The notes beneath the pieces were generated by a model, which worked only from the letters and a program-made list of their open reading frames with translations, made no database searches and was not told the DNA's origin. From NCBI GenBank assembly GCA_025054695.1, contig JANWZI010000010.1, positions 592 to 64,591 of the forward strand: a stretch of DNA of 64,000 nucleotides. Direction: 5' to 3'. Origin of the DNA: Myxococcota bacterium (GTDB taxonomy: Bacteria; Myxococcota_A; Polyangia; Polyangiales; JANWZI01). The position numbers and the translations under genes were made by a program. Shown one piece after another: positions 59,208 through 64,000 of the stretch (position 1 is the stretch's first letter; every line of letters begins with the position of its first letter).

Positions 59208-60359
59208 ATGACGGCTGGCCCCGCGCTTCTGTTCGATCTCGTCCCCGCACTCCGTCGGGGCCCGCCGTGGCCTTCGCTCGGTCGGTGGCCCACGGCGATC
59301 GAGCCGATCGACGGGCTCGGCCGGAGCTGCGGCCTGCCGTCCGGGGAGCTGTGGATCAAGCGAGACGACGCGAGCGCCCCGGAATACGGCGGGAACAAAA
59401 TCCGTACGCTCGAGCCGTTGCTGGGCGAGGCCCTCGCGTGCGGGGCGCGCGTCGCGTGCGCGACGGGCGCGTTCGGCAGCAATCACGCGGTGGCCACCGC
59501 ATGGCACGCTCCCCGGCTCGGCCTGCAGCCCGACGCAGTGCTCTTTTCGCAGCCGCCGTCGGCGACCGCGCGCGACAACGTGCTCGCCTTGCTCGCGCTG
59601 GGGGTTCGTCCGTGGATCGTGCCGATGCTCGCGCTTCCGCTCGCCATGCTCGCGGCGCGCAGACGTCGCCCGGCGCGTGAGGCCGGCGTTTTCGTGATGC
59701 CTCCGGGCGGCGCGACGCCGCGAGGCGCGCTCGGTTACGTGGCGGCGGGCCTCGAGCTCGCCGCACAGGTGCGCGCCGCGCACGCGCCGCGCCCGCGTAC
59801 GATCGTGCTGCCCGTCGGCTCGACGTGCACGACGGCAGGCCTGATCGTGGGCATCGCGCTCGCACGTGCGCGAGCGCTTGGCTTCGAGGGCGACCCGCCG
59901 CGAATCGTCGCCGTGCGGGTGACGCCGTGGCCCGTCACGGCGCGCGCGCGCATCCTGCGGCTCGCCGGGCGCACGGCCCGCGCGCTCGAGGCCTGGGGCG
60001 CGGGCGGCGCGTTGCTGGACGAGGTTCGACGGGTGGGCCGGGCCGTCGCGATAGACGGACGCCAGCTCGGTGCTGGCTACGGACGCACCACCGAGGCGGG
60101 ATTGCGCGCGCGGGAGCGTTTCGAGGCATGCGGCTTGCCGCCCCTCGACACGACGTACTCGGCGAAGGCCGGGGCGGCGTTGCTCGAACGAGCCTCGTCG
60201 CTGCCGCGTCCGATCTTCTTCTGGGCGACGAAGTCGAGCGCCCCGCTCCCCGTACCGAACCCGGACATCGTTCACGCGGCGCCCCGCGCGTTGCGCCGTT
60301 TCCTCGATCGTTGCGCGAGGTGCGAGCCGCTACTGCATCCCCGTGGCACGGCCCGGTGA
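59208..60359 (+). CDS. PLP-dependent enzyme of the ACC deaminase / D-cysteine desulfhydrase family
   Basis: Lies in ORF 59022..60359, starting at ATG 59208. Contains LWIKRDDASAPEYGGNKIRTLEPLL and GSTCTTAGL. Confidence 0.7.
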   Translation: MTAGPALLFDLVPALRRGPPWPSLGRWPTAIEPIDGLGRSCGLPSGELWIKRDDASAPEYGGNKIRTLEPLLGEALACGARVACATGAFGSNHAVATAWHAPRLGLQPDAVLFSQPPSATARDNVLALLALGVRPWIVPMLALPLAMLAARRRRPAREAGVFVMPPGGATPRGALGYVAAGLELAAQVRAAHAPRPRTIVLPVGSTCTTAGLIVGIALARARALGFEGDPPRIVAVRVTPWPVTARARILRLAGRTARALEAWGAGGALLDEVRRVGRAVAIDGRQLGAGYGRTTEAGLRARERFEACGLPPLDTTYSAKAGAALLERASSLPRPIFFWATKSSAPLPVPNPDIVHAAPRALRRFLDRCARCEPLLHPRGTAR

Positions 60360-61823
60360 CGCGCCCGGGCCCTGCGGGGCGCTCGGAAGGGCCTCGCCGG
60401 GTGCCGGCCGGTCGATGGAGTTAATGTCGCGCAGCTTGCCGCCGAGCCCACCGCCGGTCGTCCGACGCAGACCGAGTTGCTCGCGCAACCGGTCGATCAT
60501 CGGCGCGGGCAGCTTGAGCGCCGGCGGAGCGATGTTCTCGCGAGCGATGGGCGCTTCGGCCTGCGGCAGCGCGGCGGCGGCCGCCGGGTCGACGAACTGC
60601 AGACGCGCGAAGCGGTCGGGCACGTGGAAATCCCCGACGCGCGGCGCGGCAAGCGAGACGGCACGTTGGCTGCCGTCGGCGCGCGTGTCCATCACGTACA
60701 GATTGAATCGCCACTCGGTCCCATGCGCGGGGCGCTGGGCGGGTGGCTCACCCACGGCGAACGCGGTCCAGGGAATGGCCAGTTCGACGACGTAGCCCTG
60801 GTCGGGCTGGTCGTCGTTGGCCCGTCCCGTGCGTTGCACGGCCGAGCGCAGCTCCGGGTTCCAGTCGACGTGGCCGAATGGCTGCGGCTGCCGCCGCGAG
60901 TCGTAGCGGGTCTCGAAGGTCACGTTCTGGGGCGAGATCTGGATTTCGAAGTAGTTGCGCCCATCTCCGTCCGGATCGAGCATGACCTCGACGCAGTCCT
61001 GCTCCCACAGGTGCTCGTCGCGGTTGCGGAACGTCGAGCGCAGGTGATCGTCGGCGACCTCGAAGCCGACGTACAGATGCCGGTCGTCCCACAGCACGCG
61101 CGCGACCGTCGTCGGCGCGGCCTCGACGCCCGACAGTGTGTCGACGAAACGGGGGGTGGGCTGCGCCGACGTCCATGCCGCGTCGTCGAGCCGTCCGTCG
61201 ATGCGAGGCGCGGTCGTGGCGCGTGGTGCGCGGAGCACGGCCAGGGGCGGTGGCTCGACCGGCGCGGGCGCCTCGGCGGCTGGCTCGGTGCGCTCGACGG
61301 GGACGTCGAGGACGCGCGCCCGGTTGTCCCCGTCGTTGGGACCGCGGGTGATCTGCAGCCGGTGCGGTCCGTTCCAGACGCCGACGAAGAAGACGGCGCG
61401 CTCGCTGTTCCAGTCGGCGGGCAGCGTGATGCGTTGCACATCGCGGACGAACTCCCCGGCCTTCCAGCGACCCGGCGGGTAGAGGCGACGGATGTCGCTT
61501 CCCCCGTCGGCGTTCAGGCGGCTCGTCCCCGAGGCATCCGCCACGTGCGTGAACAGCAGCCACCCCTCCTCGAGCGCACGGTTGCACTTCCAGTACCACG
61601 TGACCGTCAGCTCGGCGCCGGGGCGCCATGTCGAAGGCTCGACGTCGTACCCGATGAGCTCGATCTTGTCCTCGAAGGACACGTCGAGGGTGTGGGCAGG
61701 CCGAGGCCGTTGCGTCGAGACGTAGGGGCGGATCTGTTCGCGTTCGGCCGCGGTCAGCTCCACCGACCGTTCGACACACGCGGGGACGAGCAGGGGCATC
61801 CAGGCGAGATGCGCGAGCGACAT
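60330..61823 (-). CDS. Lipoprotein with a carbohydrate-binding family 9-like (DOMON-like) domain
   Basis: This is the C-terminal 497 aa of ORF 60330..63020, starting at ATG 61823 after GAGGTG (MSLAHLAWMPLLVPAC). Contains IDGRLDDAAW and WEQDCVEVMLDPDGDGRNYFEIQISPQN. Confidence 0.65.
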   Translation of the reverse strand: MSLAHLAWMPLLVPACVERSVELTAAEREQIRPYVSTQRPRPAHTLDVSFEDKIELIGYDVEPSTWRPGAELTVTWYWKCNRALEEGWLLFTHVADASGTSRLNADGGSDIRRLYPPGRWKAGEFVRDVQRITLPADWNSERAVFFVGVWNGPHRLQITRGPNDGDNRARVLDVPVERTEPAAEAPAPVEPPPLAVLRAPRATTAPRIDGRLDDAAWTSAQPTPRFVDTLSGVEAAPTTVARVLWDDRHLYVGFEVADDHLRSTFRNRDEHLWEQDCVEVMLDPDGDGRNYFEIQISPQNVTFETRYDSRRQPQPFGHVDWNPELRSAVQRTGRANDDQPDQGYVVELAIPWTAFAVGEPPAQRPAHGTEWRFNLYVMDTRADGSQRAVSLAAPRVGDFHVPDRFARLQFVDPAAAAALPQAEAPIARENIAPPALKLPAPMIDRLREQLGLRRTTGGGLGGKLRDINSIDRPAPGEALPSAPQGPGASPGRATGMQ

Positions 61824-61837
61824 GGCGGTCACCTCGA

Positions 61838-63418
61838 TCACCGATTCTTTCGACGGGCCTTCTTCTGTAGCTTGCGAAGGTGCTTCTTGCGATCGCGTTC
61901 CAGGCGGCGCGCTGCCGGCAGGGCGCGTGCGCTCGTCGGTCGGCCGTCGTCTGCGACGGCGGCCTCGAGAAGTTGTTCGGCCAGGCCCGCCATCAGCGGG
62001 TTGTGCTCGAGGCCCGTGGTGCGCACGGCCTCGCGGAGTCGGCGCGCCATCGCGAGCTGCTTCATCCCCGGCAGCTTGCCGAGCAGGCCGGCCTGCTGTC
62101 CGATGTCGCCCATCATGCGCCGCATGAACAGGAAGCGGTTGAGCAGGTCGACGACGTCCTTCTCGCTGCGGCCGGAGCCCCGGGCCACGCGGCGGATGCG
62201 ACCCGGCTGCGTGCGGAACAGCTCGACGTCGCGTCGCTCCGCGCGCGTCATCGACGAGACGATGGACTTCGTCTTGATGAGCTCGCGCTCGTCGAGCTGG
62301 AAACCCTGCGGCAGCTCGCCGGCGAACGGAAGCTTCTCGAAGATGTCCTTCAGCGGGCCCATCTTCTGCAGCGTTTCGATCTGGGTGAGGAAATCCTCGA
62401 GGGTGAAGCGTCCCTCGAGCATGCGGCGCGCGTCCTGCTCGGCCTTGTCGGCGTCGACGACCTGCTCGAACTCCCGCATCAGACCGACGATGTCGCCGAA
62501 GCCCAGGATGCGGCTCGCCATCCCGTCCGGGCGGAACGTTTCGAGCCGATCGAGCCCTTCGCCCGTGCCCACGAAACGGACGGGCGCGCCGGTCACCTCG
62601 CGGATCGAGAGCGCCGCGCCGCCGCGCGCGTCGCCGTCGAGCTTGGTGAGCACGACGCCGGTCAGGCCGAGCCGCTCGTGGAAGGCGCGCGCGGTGCGGA
62701 CCGCGTCCTGGCCGATCATCGCGTCGACGACGAGCAGGACGTTCTCGGGCTGCACCCGCGCCTTGATCTCGGCCAGCTCCTGCATCAGCGGCTCGTCGAT
62801 CGCGAGTCGCCCCGCCGTGTCGTAGATGATCACGTCGCGCTTGAGCTTGCGCGCGTGCTCCCGTGCCTGCTCGCAGATGTCGACCGGCCGCCCCCCGGGG
62901 ATCGCGAACACCGGAACCCCAATGCGCTCGCCGAGCACGCGCAGCTGCTCGATTGCGCCCGGCCGCTGCACGTCGGCGGCCACCAACAGGGGCTTCATGC
63001 GCTTGTCGCGTTCGCACCATCGCGCGAGCTTGGCGGCCGTCGTCGTCTTGCCCGAGCCTTGAAGGCCCACGACCATCACGCCCGTTGCGCGAGGCTTGCG
63101 CGCCACGACGAGGGCCGGGCCGTCGTGGCGCATGGTGGCCTCGAGCTCGTCCTGGCAGATCTTGATGAATTTCTCCGCTGGCCCGATGCGGAACTTGCGA
63201 CCGGAGCGGGTTTCGGCCCGCGTCTGGACGATTTGCCCGATCGCGCGTTGCTTGACCGTTTCGAGGAAGCGCTTGACGACCCCGAGCTCAACGTCGGCCT
63301 CGAGCAGCGACAGGCGCACGTCGCGCAGCGCCTGATCGATGTTCTCCTCGGTCAGCTCCGTCAGGCCGGCCAGGCGGTTCTTGGCCGCCCGGAAGCCCTT
63401 GCTGAGAGCCTCGAACAT
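61838..63418 (-). CDS. ffh: Signal recognition particle protein Ffh
   Basis: Lies in ORF 61838..63748, starting at ATG 63418 (MFEALSKGF). Contains GLQGSGKTTTAAKLA, DTAGR, TKLDGDARGGAALS, a Met-rich M domain and a basic C-terminal tail. Confidence 0.93.
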   Translation of the reverse strand: MFEALSKGFRAAKNRLAGLTELTEENIDQALRDVRLSLLEADVELGVVKRFLETVKQRAIGQIVQTRAETRSGRKFRIGPAEKFIKICQDELEATMRHDGPALVVARKPRATGVMVVGLQGSGKTTTAAKLARWCERDKRMKPLLVAADVQRPGAIEQLRVLGERIGVPVFAIPGGRPVDICEQAREHARKLKRDVIIYDTAGRLAIDEPLMQELAEIKARVQPENVLLVVDAMIGQDAVRTARAFHERLGLTGVVLTKLDGDARGGAALSIREVTGAPVRFVGTGEGLDRLETFRPDGMASRILGFGDIVGLMREFEQVVDADKAEQDARRMLEGRFTLEDFLTQIETLQKMGPLKDIFEKLPFAGELPQGFQLDERELIKTKSIVSSMTRAERRDVELFRTQPGRIRRVARGSGRSEKDVVDLLNRFLFMRRMMGDIGQQAGLLGKLPGMKQLAMARRLREAVRTTGLEHNPLMAGLAEQLLEAAVADDGRPTSARALPAARRLERDRKKHLRKLQKKARRKNR

Positions 63419-63500
63419 CGGGGGGCTGGCCAGTATCACGGCGATTCGCGCAGGCGCAAGCCGCGCCTTCGACGCGAGCCGAGCGCCGGGCGCCCTGGTA

Positions 63501-64000
63501 GTGTCGCGTGCGGTGCGCGAACGTTCCGCGGGGGCCGAGCTGCCCGACCCGTCGCAAGGCACGGTCGCCGATTCGAGCCTCGACGACACGGTCGCCGACG
63601 TCTCGACGTCGCGGGAGCGCGGGACCGAGCCCCCGATGGATGGGTTCCCCGACGATCGGTATCGCGTGCTGCGCGAGATCGGCCGCGGGGGCATGGGACG
63701 CGTGGTGCTCGTCGAGGACGTCCGACTGGGCCGCGCGGTGGCGCTCAAGACGCTGCTCGACGATCGCGATCAGGCTCGTACGCGACGGCGATTCCTCGAG
63801 GAGGCGCGGGCCACGGCCCAGCTCGAGCATCCGAGCATCGTGCCGGTCTACGACCTCGGCGAGACGACCGGGGGGCGACCGTATTTCACGATGCGGGCGC
63901 TCGACGGCCGGTTGCTCTCGGACGTGCTCGTCGCGCTGCGCGCGGGCGACCGCGAGGCCCAGCGACGATGGGATCAGGCGGAGCTACTCCTGGCGTTCCT
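63501..64000 (+). CDS. Ser/Thr protein kinase; 3' end cut by the window edge
   Basis: Absent from the track because it is open to the right edge. My manual translation starts at GTG 63501, immediately after an in-frame TAG (alternative ATG 63636), and reads ...YRVLREIGRGGMGRVVLVEDVRLGRAVALKTL...EARATAQLEHPSIVPVYD. Confidence 0.75.
   Translation, partial: MSRAVRERSAGAELPDPSQGTVADSSLDDTVADVSTSRERGTEPPMDGFPDDRYRVLREIGRGGMGRVVLVEDVRLGRAVALKTLLDDRDQARTRRRFLEEARATAQLEHPSIVPVYDLGETTGGRPYFTMRALDGRLLSDVLVALRAGDREAQRRWDQAELLLAF

Overview
This is a high-GC chromosomal segment (about 70% or more by eye, not computed). The gene content looks like Myxococcota, probably a Polyangia/Sorangiineae-type genome. 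Supporting signs are many lipobox lipoproteins, a MYXO-CTERM-like sorting tail, an AgmX/PglI-like C-terminal domain, an MXAN_5187-like C-terminal domain, FG-GAP and HEAT proteins, a Ser/Thr kinase, and frequent GTG starts with 4-nt GTGA/ATGA start/stop overlaps.

I support about 57 CDS. One long minus-strand housekeeping block runs cobA/hemD-hemB-(membrane protein)-clpS-clpA-aat-dksA. Other recognisable genes are folE with a MerR regulator, map, hutH, an SDR, parA-parB, rplS, uppP, a manC-like gene, ffh, two amidohydrolases and several secreted hydrolases and proteases. I saw no rRNA, tRNA, CRISPR array, transposase or integrase.

The most unusual signal is non-coding. A dispersed family of intergenic tandem hexamer arrays, (GAGNCC)n or its complement, has at least 12 clear copies and 3-4 degenerate ones in 64 kb. 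Several copies carry partly conserved flanks and imperfect terminal inverted repeats, which gives them a MITE/REP-like architecture. These arrays also produce most of the low-complexity pseudo-ORFs in the six-frame track. Many long Arg/Ala/Pro-rich ORFs in the track are antisense or out-of-frame artefacts of the high GC content, and I rejected them.
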